From IMG/VR virus record IMGVR_UViG_3300030118_002460, positions 22,332 to 86,331 of that record: DNA of 64,000 nt. One strand, written 5' to 3'. The stretch comes from a virus. Below the pieces are notes generated by a model. The model saw nothing but the letters and a program-made list of their open reading frames with translations. It searched no databases and had not been told where the DNA came from. The translations under genes and the position numbers were made by a program. This document shows positions 20,687 to 29,951 of the stretch, piece by piece. Position 1 is the stretch's first letter, and each line of letters begins with the position of its first letter.

Positions 20687-20899
20687 ATGGAAGAATTAAT
20701 GGATTTGATGGTGAGTGATGAGTCTCCATCACAAATCAGTGATCAGATTAAAGATATCCTCTTTGCTAAAACAGCAGAAAAAATTGAAGCAATCAGACCC
20801 AATGTTTCTGCATCAATTTTTGATGAACCTGCTGAAGTAGAAGCAGAGGAGGAGGAGACTTTTGACACTGAACCAGAAGAGGAATCAGAGTCAGAATAA
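20687..20899 (+). CDS. Small acidic prohead core protein (gp67-like position)
   Basis: Acidic 70 aa ORF directly after the portal gene, preceded by CTAAATA. Confidence 0.6.
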   Translation: MEELMDLMVSDESPSQISDQIKDILFAKTAEKIEAIRPNVSASIFDEPAEVEAEEEETFDTEPEEESESE

Positions 20900-20937
20900 A
20901 TACTAAATATCGTATAGAAACATTGTAATTTAAAATA

Positions 20938-21486
20938 ATGGCTGCGTTAAAACCAGTAGGAGTCAATCTCAATATCACAACCAGCGCCACTTCTGCTCAA
21001 AGTGCTGCTATTGCTCAACAGACTGATTCAGTCAGAATTGTAGCAGAAACTGCAGGGTGTCATGTTGCTATTGGTACTAATCCAACTGCAACCACTGCTG
21101 ATTTTTATGTGTCACCTACTGATGATGCAATTATTTCTCTTGGACCTGTTGGATCACAGAGAGTGGTTAATGTAACTAAGGGTGCATCTACTGTCATTGA
21201 TTTTCCTGAGGGCACAGGAAGTCCTTTTGCAGTTGGTGATGCTGTATCTCTTACAGTGCCAAATGCTAGCACATATGATTTTGAGCATAAGATTGTAACT
21301 GCTGTGGATTCTACATCAAATGTAGGAGGTTTTTATAATACCAGGATCACTGTTGACCATGATTCAAGTTCTGTAACTGCAGGATTTAATAATGCAGGTG
21401 CATCATTAAGAAGATCCATCAAAGTTGCAGTTAGAACTGTAAGTGCAGCTGGTAAAGCCTATGTCCAACAAGTACAAGTATCCTGA
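20938..21486 (+). CDS. Hypothetical beta-rich late protein
   Basis: 182 aa ORF between gp20 and gp21 with late-promoter-like TAAATA upstream. Confidence 0.65.
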   Translation: MAALKPVGVNLNITTSATSAQSAAIAQQTDSVRIVAETAGCHVAIGTNPTATTADFYVSPTDDAIISLGPVGSQRVVNVTKGASTVIDFPEGTGSPFAVGDAVSLTVPNASTYDFEHKIVTAVDSTSNVGGFYNTRITVDHDSSSVTAGFNNAGASLRRSIKVAVRTVSAAGKAYVQQVQVS

Positions 21487-21494
21487 GAAGACCA

Positions 21495-22145
21495 ATGAAA
21501 CTCATCAGAGAAGAAATCGAGCAAGTTGATTTTATCGTTGAAGAGAGAAACGGTAAAAAGAATATGTTCATTGAGGGTATCTTCCTTCAAGGAAATATCC
21601 AGAACAGAAATGGACGTATGTATCCTATGGAAACCTTGAGAAAGGAAGTCCTGAGATATAATGAAAACCATGTTCAATCAGGAAGAGCACTTGGAGAACT
21701 GGGACACCCAGATGGCCCAACTGTTAATCTTGATCGCGTCAGTCACAAGATTGTTTCTCTCAAAGAGAATGGCACCAATTTTATTGGTAAAGCAAAGATC
21801 TTGGGCACTCCAATGGGCAAGATTGCAGAATCTCTCATCAGTGAAGGAGTCAAGTTGGGTGTTTCTTCTAGAGGTATTGGATCCCTCAAACAAACAAGAG
21901 AGGGAGTAAATATTGTAGGGGAAGACTTTATGCTTTCCACAGCAGCAGATATTGTTGCTGATCCATCTGCACCTGATGCTTTTGTTGAAGGTATTATGGA
22001 AGGTAAAAATTGGGTGTGGGATGGTGGCATCCTTAGAGAACAGAAAGCTGCTAAGACTTACAAGACTATCAATACTCTTGTAGATCAAGGTCAACTTGAT
22101 GAGCAGAAAGCAAAACTGTTCAGTGATTTCTTGAACAATCTTTGA
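21495..22145 (+). CDS. gp21: Prohead protease gp21
   Basis: NRNGRMYP, ALGELGHP, LGVSSRGIGS, DIVADPSAPDAFV. Confidence 0.97.
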   Translation: MKLIREEIEQVDFIVEERNGKKNMFIEGIFLQGNIQNRNGRMYPMETLRKEVLRYNENHVQSGRALGELGHPDGPTVNLDRVSHKIVSLKENGTNFIGKAKILGTPMGKIAESLISEGVKLGVSSRGIGSLKQTREGVNIVGEDFMLSTAADIVADPSAPDAFVEGIMEGKNWVWDGGILREQKAAKTYKTINTLVDQGQLDEQKAKLFSDFLNNL

Positions 22146-22166
22146 TTGTAACAGAAATATCTAAAT

Positions 22167-22174
22167 TATAAATA
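22167..22174 (+). promoter_or_regulatory. T4-type late promoter TATAAATA
   Basis: Exact consensus upstream of gp22. Confidence 0.8.
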
Positions 22175-22211
22175 AATATAGATTATACATAGGTAATCGG
22201 AGTTAGTTCAA

Positions 22212-23294
22212 ATGTCTCGTGGAGATTTACAAGAAATGGAGCAATCTAAAACTGCTGTGAACGCGAACGCTAAACCTGCTGAGTCCATGCCTAAAATGGC
22301 AGACCCAGGTACGCAATTGGGTTCAGTAGAAGATCTTGGGGGTCCTACTCCTGAGAACTACAAGCCAGATGATGATTCAGCAAAACTAAGAGAACCCAAG
22401 ATCAAAACCGTTAAGGATGTGGTCAATAAGGGTGCCAAGGCAGCAGATCCAATGAAAGGAATGAAGGAAGAGGAAGAAGTTTCTTCTGACGAAGAAGTCC
22501 TTGAAGAGGATCAAGTAACTGATGAAGATCAGGAAATTGTTGCTGAGGAAGAAGTTGCTGAGGTTGACATTGAAGAAGATGTCAATGCTCTCCTTGGTGG
22601 TGAAGAACTCTCCGAGGAATTTAGAGAAAAGGCAAAGGTTATCTTTGAAGCTGCTCTGAACTCCAAAATTAAAGAAATCCAGGAAACTCTGGAAGAACAA
22701 TATGCAGTAGCACTGCAAGAAGAAAAAGAAGGTCTTAAGGAAGCTCTTACTGAAAGAGTTGATGCTTATCTTGAGTATGTCTGCGAAGAGTGGATGACTG
22801 AAAATGAGCTTGCTGTTGAAGCAGGTCTTAAGACTGAAATGACTGAATCATTCCTTTCTGGAATGAAGGGTCTTTTTGAAGAACATTATGTAACAATCCC
22901 TGAAGAGAAATATGATGTACTCGAAAGCATGGTAGAAAAACTTGATGAAATGGAGACCAAGCTCAATGAGCAAATTGATAAGAACATTGGTCTGAATAAG
23001 AGACTCGCTGAGTCCACTGCAGTATCAGTTCTTGATCAAGTCTCTGAAGGTCTTGCACAGACCCAGAAAGAGAAGCTCGCCTCACTTGCTGAAAGTGTAG
23101 AGTTTGAAAGTGAAGAAGAATATCGTGAGAAACTGGAAACTCTGAAGGAGTCATACTTCTCCAGAACACCAGCTGCTAAAGCATCTACCTCTGCTACTCA
23201 AACCCTTTCTGAGGGTGTAGACAGCACAACCGCTCCTGTTTCACAGGGGATGGAGTCATACATGAGAGCACTGGGTGCTTTCAAGCAAAATTGA
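22212..23294 (+). CDS. gp22: Prohead core scaffold gp22
   Basis: ELSEEFREKAKVIFEAAL, VDAYLEYV.EEWM.ENELAVE, KLETLKESYF. Confidence 0.96.
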   Translation: MSRGDLQEMEQSKTAVNANAKPAESMPKMADPGTQLGSVEDLGGPTPENYKPDDDSAKLREPKIKTVKDVVNKGAKAADPMKGMKEEEEVSSDEEVLEEDQVTDEDQEIVAEEEVAEVDIEEDVNALLGGEELSEEFREKAKVIFEAALNSKIKEIQETLEEQYAVALQEEKEGLKEALTERVDAYLEYVCEEWMTENELAVEAGLKTEMTESFLSGMKGLFEEHYVTIPEEKYDVLESMVEKLDEMETKLNEQIDKNIGLNKRLAESTAVSVLDQVSEGLAQTQKEKLASLAESVEFESEEEYREKLETLKESYFSRTPAAKASTSATQTLSEGVDSTTAPVSQGMESYMRALGAFKQN

Positions 23295-23343
23295 ATTTTA
23301 TACAATTCAAACCAAACACAATCTAATTAATAGGTAAAAGCAA

Positions 23344-24762
23344 ATGTTCCAATCAGAACAATTGCAGGAAAAGTGGGCACCTCTTCTGGACTATGAAGGT
23401 CTTGATTCAATCAAAGACAATCACAGAAGAGCTGTAACCGCAGTCCTGCTGGAAAACCAAGAGAAATTCCTCAGAGAGGAATCCGCATTCAATTCAGGTA
23501 TCAACCTGATGGAAGCACCTACCAACTCAGCTGGCTCTAACCCTGCTGGTTTCTCTGGTAGTGCAACTGAAACTGGCCCTGTTGCTGGTTTTGATCCAGT
23601 CCTGATCTCTCTGATCAGACGCTCTATGCCTAACCTGGTTGCTTATGACCTGGCAGGTGTTCAGCCAATGTCTGGTCCTACTGGACTGATCTTTGCAATG
23701 CGCTCCAGATACACCAATCAGAGTGGCGATGAGACCTTCTACAATGAAGTTGATTCCGCATTCTCTGGTCAGGATGCTGGATTTGACCTCACTGGTGGCA
23801 TGTCTGATGTTGCTGCTGGTATGGGTACTACTGCCCAGTCTGGTGTTAACCCTGCAGTTCTGAACCCAGTTGGTTCTGCATCCTCCACTGGCTACACAGT
23901 TGGTCAGGGCATGCAAACTGGTGATGCAGAAAACCTTGATGGTACTGCTGGTAATGCCTTCAATCAGATGGCATTCTCCATTGAGAAAGTCACTGTTACT
24001 GCCAAGTCCAGAGCACTGAAAGCAGAGTACAGTCTTGAACTGGCTCAAGACCTGAAAGCAATTCATGGTCTGAATGCTGAAGCAGAACTTGCTAACATTC
24101 TCTCCACTGAGATCCTTGCTGAGATCAACAGAGAAGTTATCAGAACCATCTATAAGGTTGCTGAGCAAGGTGCTGTTTCTAACACTGCTACTGCTGGTAC
24201 ATTCGACCTGGATGTAGACTCCAATGGTAGATGGTCTGTTGAGAAGTTCAAAGGACTTCTGTTCCAGATTGAAAGAGATGCAAACGCAATTGCACAAAGA
24301 ACACGTAGAGGGAAGGGCAACATTGTCATGTGCTCTGCAGACGTTGCTTCTGCACTGACCATGGCTGGTATCCTGGATTATACTCCTGCCCTGAATGCAA
24401 ACCTGAATGTTGATGACACTGGCAACACCTTTGCTGGCACCATCAATGGTAAGTTCAGAGTTTACATTGACCCATATTCTGCAAACCTGACCCCAACCAA
24501 CACTGCTGGTGGTAACCAGTACTATGTTGTAGGTTATAAGGGTACTTCCCCTTATGATGCAGGTCTCTTCTACTGCCCATATGTACCTCTGCAGATGGTA
24601 CGTGCAGTTGGTGAGAACAGCTTCCAGCCAAAAATTGGCTTCAAGACCAGATATGGTATTGTTGCTAACCCCTTCGCAGAAGGAACCAACCAAGGCATGG
24701 GAAGACTGGGTGTCAACCAAAACCGTTACTACAGAAGAGTTGCTGTTAAGAACCTTATGTGA
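23344..24762 (+). CDS. gp23: Major capsid protein gp23
   Basis: GVQPMSGPTGLIFAMR, AKSRALKAEYSLELAQDLKAIHG, FYCPYVPLQM, FQPKIGFKTRYG. Confidence 0.99.
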   Translation: MFQSEQLQEKWAPLLDYEGLDSIKDNHRRAVTAVLLENQEKFLREESAFNSGINLMEAPTNSAGSNPAGFSGSATETGPVAGFDPVLISLIRRSMPNLVAYDLAGVQPMSGPTGLIFAMRSRYTNQSGDETFYNEVDSAFSGQDAGFDLTGGMSDVAAGMGTTAQSGVNPAVLNPVGSASSTGYTVGQGMQTGDAENLDGTAGNAFNQMAFSIEKVTVTAKSRALKAEYSLELAQDLKAIHGLNAEAELANILSTEILAEINREVIRTIYKVAEQGAVSNTATAGTFDLDVDSNGRWSVEKFKGLLFQIERDANAIAQRTRRGKGNIVMCSADVASALTMAGILDYTPALNANLNVDDTGNTFAGTINGKFRVYIDPYSANLTPTNTAGGNQYYVVGYKGTSPYDAGLFYCPYVPLQMVRAVGENSFQPKIGFKTRYGIVANPFAEGTNQGMGRLGVNQNRYYRRVAVKNLM

Positions 24763-24788
24763 TTCTTACACACTTCTGTGTTATACTG

Positions 24789-24815
24789 GGAGGTCCCAAG
24801 GGACCTCCTTTTTTT
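24789..24815 (+). terminator. Rho-independent terminator after gp23
   Basis: GGAGGTCCC-AA-GGGACCTCC followed by T7. Confidence 0.9.
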
Positions 24816-24856
24816 ATACCTTTTACTAAATAATCAAATAGTCCATCTACATTGGT

Positions 24857-25489
24857 ATGGCAGCAGGTAATCCAAATTTAAAACCATCAGCAACTGCAGC
24901 ACAAGTAAGAACAAGAAACCCTACCAGAACAATTGGTGGAGTAGTAACAAGGGAGCAGATTGAAAATAGAAACTACCTGCAACCACAGGGGTTTAAATTT
25001 AATATATCAAGAGCACCCAATGTTGCTTACTTTGGAAATGCAGTCAATATTCCTTCAATGGAATTAAGGACAACAATGCAACCAAATTATTTGAAGGAGA
25101 TTCCCCAACCAGGTGAGATCATTGATTTTGAAGATCTTTCTCTTAGATTCTTGGTTGATGAGGATCTTGCAAACTATATGGAGATTCAAAATTGGATCAG
25201 AGGTTTAGGATTCCCTGAGTCTTTGGAGCAAATTTATAAACTTCAAGAGCAAACAGTTGGTGTACCCAATCCTGATCTTCAGGTTGGAATGAATATCTAT
25301 TCAGATGCCACACTGACTATCATGAACAATATGAATCAACCAAACTTTAAGGTTGTATTTGAAGACATATTCCCATATTCCTTGAGCACTCTTGAATTTG
25401 ATGCTACACTACCTGATGTACAGTACTTCACAGCTGAGGTCAGATTTAAGTACACTATATACCATATTCGTGATATTGGTTGTTGCTAA
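24857..25489 (+). CDS. gp3: Tail tube terminator/completion protein gp3
   Basis: NRNYLQPQGFKF, FLVDEDLANYMEIQNW, YSDATL; synteny after gp23. Confidence 0.9.
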   Translation: MAAGNPNLKPSATAAQVRTRNPTRTIGGVVTREQIENRNYLQPQGFKFNISRAPNVAYFGNAVNIPSMELRTTMQPNYLKEIPQPGEIIDFEDLSLRFLVDEDLANYMEIQNWIRGLGFPESLEQIYKLQEQTVGVPNPDLQVGMNIYSDATLTIMNNMNQPNFKVVFEDIFPYSLSTLEFDATLPDVQYFTAEVRFKYTIYHIRDIGCC

Positions 25490-25923
25490 TGATTGACTTG
25501 GATACAATCCAAAAAATGTGGAGAGAGGATGCTCAGATTGATCCTGATAACTTACATACAGAATCATTAAAAATTCCTATTCTCCATTCAAAATATTATG
25601 AACTTTACAATAACATTCTCTTGCTAAGGAAGAAATCTGAGCAGCAGAGAAAAAATATTAGACATGAAAGATATGAATACTTTTCAGGAAAAGCAGATCC
25701 TGATGTCTATATTCAAAACCCATTCCCTAAGAAGATAAGAGATAAAGATACTATGCAAAAGTATCTTGATGCTGATGAAAAACTCTCAAGTGCATCTCTG
25801 AAAATTGAATACTATGATACTATGCTTAAGTTTCTAGAAGAGATTCTTAAACAAATCACTAATAGAACATATCAGATTAAAAATGCAATAGAGTACATGA
25901 GATTCTCCTCTGGCTTAGGATAA
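25489..25923 (+). CDS. uvsY: Recombination mediator UvsY
   Basis: ESLKIP.LHSKY, RTYQIKNAIE; ATG at 25489 overlaps the gp3 stop. Confidence 0.92.
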   Translation: MIDLDTIQKMWREDAQIDPDNLHTESLKIPILHSKYYELYNNILLLRKKSEQQRKNIRHERYEYFSGKADPDVYIQNPFPKKIRDKDTMQKYLDADEKLSSASLKIEYYDTMLKFLEEILKQITNRTYQIKNAIEYMRFSSGLG

Positions 25924-25935
25924 CCCACCTCTAAA

Positions 25936-26127
25936 ATGGAAAAAGAACCAGATTACACAGTGTTCATGCAGATAGAAGATGTTCATCTGCTACATCACTG
26001 CGTCACAGAAACAATAGAAAAATGGCCAGGTTCACCTGCTAGACCAGCAGAAGAGCAAGAACACCTTTGGCAGGTAAGGGACTGGTTATACAGAATGATA
26101 TTAGAGCATAGATTTAATAACTCATAA
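25936..26127 (+). CDS. Hypothetical protein
   Basis: 63 aa ORF filling the uvsY-uvsW gap; WPGSPARP.EEQE motif. Confidence 0.65.
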   Translation: MEKEPDYTVFMQIEDVHLLHHCVTETIEKWPGSPARPAEEQEHLWQVRDWLYRMILEHRFNNS

Positions 26128-26161
26128 TTGAGCACTAAATATCACCAGGTAGGATTATATT

Positions 26162-27625
26162 ATGTCTAATCTGGTGATACAGAAGGTAAACGAAGTTTAC
26201 CTGAAGATTACAACTGAACCTCATGTAGAATATGAACTGAGAGATAGATTCACCTTTGAGGTCCCTAACAAGAAGTTCATGCCACAGTACAGAAGTAAGT
26301 ACTGGGATGGATATGTGCATCTATTCAATATGAAGACCAAGAGAATCTATGTGGGTCTCTTGGATAAAGTTGTTGCGTTCTGTGAGAATGCAGGATACTC
26401 ATATCAGTTTGAACCTAATAAGTTCTATGGTCTCCCCTTTGAAGTCAATGAAATGATTTCAGAAGAGGGAGTGAAAGACTTTATGGCGTCTATCACTCAC
26501 TTACAACCCAGAGACTATCAGATTGAAGCAGTGCATGATGCATTGAGATACAATAGAAAATTACTCATCTCACCTACTGCATCAGGTAAGTCATTTATGA
26601 TTTACACTATTGTGAGATACTTTGTAAATGCAGGAAAGAAGATTCTTCTTGTAGTTCCCACAACATCTCTTGTAGAACAGATGTTTAAGGACTTTCAGGA
26701 TTATGGATGGGCAGCAGAGAACCACTGCCATAGAATCTATGCAGGTAGAGAAAGAGTCAATACTAGTGAAGTAACTATCACCACTTGGCAATCTGTCTAC
26801 CAGTTAGATAGAACCTTCTTTGAGGAGTATGATGTGGTGATTGGTGATGAGGCGCACCTTTTTAAGAGTAAGTCTCTCATTGGTATTATGGATAAGTTAC
26901 ATCATGCAAAATATAGATATGGATTCACAGGTACACTAGATGGCACACAGACCCATAAGTGGGTGTTAGAAGGTCTCTTTGGACCCTCTTATAGGGTTAC
27001 TCAGACAAAGAAGTTAATTGATGAAGGACACCTTGCCACTCTTGATATTCAATGTCTGGTATTGAAGTACAAACCAAGAAAGTTTGACACATATGAGGAT
27101 GAGATTCAGTTCTTGATTAATAATGAAAAGAGAAACAAATTCATCACAAATCTCGCTAATGATCTGAAAGGAAACACTCTAATTCTATACAGCAGAGTAG
27201 AAGCACATGGTGCTGTGCTTTTTGATATGCTAAATACAAAAGTTAAGGAAGGCAGAAAAGTCTTCTTTATTCATGGTGGTGTAGATGCTGAAGATAGAGA
27301 ACAAGTAAGAGCAATTACAGAAACAGAAAGCGATGCAATCATTGTTGCATCTTATGGAACATTCAGCACTGGCATCAACATCAAAAACCTTCACAATGTA
27401 ATATTTGCCTCTCCATCAAAGTCTAGGATTCGTAATCTGCAGTCTATTGGTAGAGTCCTAAGAAAAGGCAAAAACAAGGTCAAAGCAAAACTATATGATA
27501 TTGCTGATGACTTAACTATTGGGTCAAGAAAAAACTATACACTGAATCATTTTATTGAAAGAGTGAAGATCTATGTCCAAGAACAATTCAACTATGACAT
27601 CATATCAGTCAACATAAAAGATTAG
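26162..27625 (+). CDS. uvsW: SF2 helicase UvsW
   Basis: PRDYQ, SPTASGKS, GDEAH, GFTGT, LQSIGRVLR. Confidence 0.97.
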   Translation: MSNLVIQKVNEVYLKITTEPHVEYELRDRFTFEVPNKKFMPQYRSKYWDGYVHLFNMKTKRIYVGLLDKVVAFCENAGYSYQFEPNKFYGLPFEVNEMISEEGVKDFMASITHLQPRDYQIEAVHDALRYNRKLLISPTASGKSFMIYTIVRYFVNAGKKILLVVPTTSLVEQMFKDFQDYGWAAENHCHRIYAGRERVNTSEVTITTWQSVYQLDRTFFEEYDVVIGDEAHLFKSKSLIGIMDKLHHAKYRYGFTGTLDGTQTHKWVLEGLFGPSYRVTQTKKLIDEGHLATLDIQCLVLKYKPRKFDTYEDEIQFLINNEKRNKFITNLANDLKGNTLILYSRVEAHGAVLFDMLNTKVKEGRKVFFIHGGVDAEDREQVRAITETESDAIIVASYGTFSTGINIKNLHNVIFASPSKSRIRNLQSIGRVLRKGKNKVKAKLYDIADDLTIGSRKNYTLNHFIERVKIYVQEQFNYDIISVNIKD

Positions 27626-27640
27626 AAAAGGAGGATGTGC

Positions 27641-28027
27641 ATGATAGAGGATGACTTTTATTGCACTATCAAGTTTAAATGTGGTGATGAGGTCTTTGCT
27701 AAGGTAGCAGCCTCAGAGGAAGATGATAGAACTATGCTTCTGATATCTAACCCTATTACAGTAGAGGAGGTTTCAATCAGAGGACAAGTAACTGGTTATA
27801 AATTTGAACCTTGGTTAAAGACTACCAAGGAAGATATGTTTATTGTTAATCTTGAAGATGTCCTTACTATGTCTGAATCAGAGGACATAGAGATGATTTT
27901 GTACTATCAAGAATATGTACGTAAATCTAACAAGACTAATCATTCTAAATTAGATAGGAAGATGGGATATCTCTCATCTGTTAATGATGCCAAAGAGGTT
28001 CTAGAAAAGCTTTACGAATCTAGCTAG
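27641..28027 (+). CDS. Conserved hypothetical protein between uvsW and gp55
   Basis: AGGAGG RBS at 27629-27634 favours ATG 27641; usual position in T4-like cyanophages. Confidence 0.7.
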   Translation: MIEDDFYCTIKFKCGDEVFAKVAASEEDDRTMLLISNPITVEEVSIRGQVTGYKFEPWLKTTKEDMFIVNLEDVLTMSESEDIEMILYYQEYVRKSNKTNHSKLDRKMGYLSSVNDAKEVLEKLYESS

Positions 28028-28076
28028 AACTTATCTTTCATCCTGGACAAACCTAGTCTACATCCATTTCACTAGG

Positions 28077-28105
28077 TTGTCAACTATCTTTCTATCTGTT
28101 ATAAT
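28077..28105 (+). promoter_or_regulatory. Sigma70-type promoter for the gp55 operon
   Basis: TTGTCA-17nt-TATAAT with an extended -10 TG. Confidence 0.75.
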
Positions 28106-28126
28106 ATCAACAGATAAAGTAACATT

Positions 28127-28633
28127 ATGGGTTTCTCTAATCAATACACAGTCATGGCAAGACCAAAAAAGTCAGAGCATTATGTAAACAACAAAGAGTT
28201 TCTTGCTGCTTTGGAAGCCTATGCTGCTGATGTAGAAAGAGCAAAACTCAATGATGAACCTAAACCACAGATCCCTAGGTATGTTGGTGAGTGTTTCTTG
28301 AAGATTGCCAATCACTTATCATACAAACCAAACTTTGTGAACTATATGTTCAAAGATGATATGATCTGTGATGGTATTGAAAATTGTGTAAGATATATCC
28401 ATAACTTTAACCCAGAGAAATCCAAGAACCCCTTTGCTTACTTCACTCAAATCATTTACTATGCATTCCTAAGAAGGATCTCACAAGAGAAGAAGCAACT
28501 AGAAATCAAGAACAAGATCCTAGAAAGAACAGATTTTGATGAGGTCTTTGATGCAAATGACCTTGACAGTGGAAACTACTCAGATTACAATAGCATCAAA
28601 GATGCTGTACACAGCAAACTGCGCTATCAATGA
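28127..28633 (+). CDS. gp55: Late transcription sigma factor gp55
   Basis: HYVNNKEFL, IANHLSYKPNF.NY, NPFAYFTQIIYYAFLRRI. Confidence 0.97.
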   Translation: MGFSNQYTVMARPKKSEHYVNNKEFLAALEAYAADVERAKLNDEPKPQIPRYVGECFLKIANHLSYKPNFVNYMFKDDMICDGIENCVRYIHNFNPEKSKNPFAYFTQIIYYAFLRRISQEKKQLEIKNKILERTDFDEVFDANDLDSGNYSDYNSIKDAVHSKLRYQ

Positions 28634-29679
28634 CAAAGGTTGCAATCATTACAGACACACACCATGGAGCACGTAAAGGTTCCAAGTTGTTTCATGATTA
28701 TTTTGAGCAGTTCTATAATGATGTATTCTTTCCAACACTAGACAAAGAAGGTATCACTACTGTAATTCACATGGGTGATGCTTTTGATAGTAGGAAGGGT
28801 GTAGAGTTTAAGACACTCAAATGGTCAAAGAGAGTTATGTTTGATCCTCTTAAAGAGAGAGGTATCAAGATGCACTTGATGGTTGGTAATCATGATGCAT
28901 ATTATAAGAATACTAATGATATCAATGCAGTAGATCTTCTACTCAAAGAGTATGAGAACATTACTGTTTATTCTTCTGCAAAAGAAGTTAAGGTAGAAAA
29001 TTTAGATATTCTATTTCTCCCCTGGATCAATGAAGAGAATAGGGAAGAAACACTCAATCTTATTAAAAAGACAAGTTGCAACTGCGCTATGGGGCATCTT
29101 GAACTCAATGGATTTAGAGTCAACAAACAAGTTGTCATGGATCATGGTTTGGATACCTCAATATTTGAGAAGTTCAAAAAGGTTTATTCTGGTCACTATC
29201 ATACAAGATCAGATAATGGAAAAATCTACTACCTAGGAAATCCATATGAGATGTTCTGGAATGATGTAAATGATAAGAGGGGGTTCCATCTGTTTGAAAC
29301 AGATACTATGGAACACACACCTGTAAACAATCCATATCAACTCTTTAAGGTCATCTACTTTGATGACACTGACTATCAACTCTTTGATACCAGACCTTAT
29401 GAGAATAAGATTGTGAAGGTAGTTGTAAAGAACAAGAGCAATCCCACACAGTTTGAAAAATTTATTGATAAACTATATGCAGCAGGTGTTGCAGAACTGA
29501 AAATTGTTGAAAACTTCAACTTCACTGGTTGGTATGATCATGATGATGAAGACCTTCAAACAGAAGATACATTTTCTATATTAAATAGATATATTGATGA
29601 GGCAGAGGTCAGTCTTGACAAATCTGTGATTCAAAAAGTAATCAGAGAAGTTTATCAAGAGGCTTGTGAGTTGGTATAA
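28630..29679 (+). CDS. gp47: Recombination nuclease subunit gp47 (Mre11-like)
   Basis: ITDTH, GDAFD, GNHD, GHLE, SGHYH metallophosphoesterase motifs. Confidence 0.96.
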   Translation: MTKVAIITDTHHGARKGSKLFHDYFEQFYNDVFFPTLDKEGITTVIHMGDAFDSRKGVEFKTLKWSKRVMFDPLKERGIKMHLMVGNHDAYYKNTNDINAVDLLLKEYENITVYSSAKEVKVENLDILFLPWINEENREETLNLIKKTSCNCAMGHLELNGFRVNKQVVMDHGLDTSIFEKFKKVYSGHYHTRSDNGKIYYLGNPYEMFWNDVNDKRGFHLFETDTMEHTPVNNPYQLFKVIYFDDTDYQLFDTRPYENKIVKVVVKNKSNPTQFEKFIDKLYAAGVAELKIVENFNFTGWYDHDDEDLQTEDTFSILNRYIDEAEVSLDKSVIQKVIREVYQEACELV

Positions 29680-29951
29680 TGTACATCATCACAATTGAGG
29701 GGAAAGAAAAAGATGGGGCATACTCTGTTGTAGATAATGAGGGTGAGCAAGTTCTTTATATGTTTGTGGAGGAAGATGATGCCACAAGATACTCTATTCA
29801 ATTGGAGGAGATGGGATATCCAGAGATGCACGTAATTGAAATAGAAGATGATATAATGGTCAAAACCTGTGAGATGCATGGTCACAGGTATGCTATAATT
29901 ACTAAAAATGACATTGTGATTCCACCTGAAACTGAGTATGATTATATTTGA
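29679..29951 (+). CDS. Conserved hypothetical protein
   Basis: Coupled on both sides between gp47 and gp46. Confidence 0.75.
   Translation: MYIITIEGKEKDGAYSVVDNEGEQVLYMFVEEDDATRYSIQLEEMGYPEMHVIEIEDDIMVKTCEMHGHRYAIITKNDIVIPPETEYDYI

Noticed and set aside
23527-24720. 397 aa minus-strand ORF antisense to gp23
   Set aside because: Mirror frame of a highly biased gene; no motif, RBS or promoter. The same pattern appears opposite other genes (2288-3025, 33121-33771, 34649-35152).
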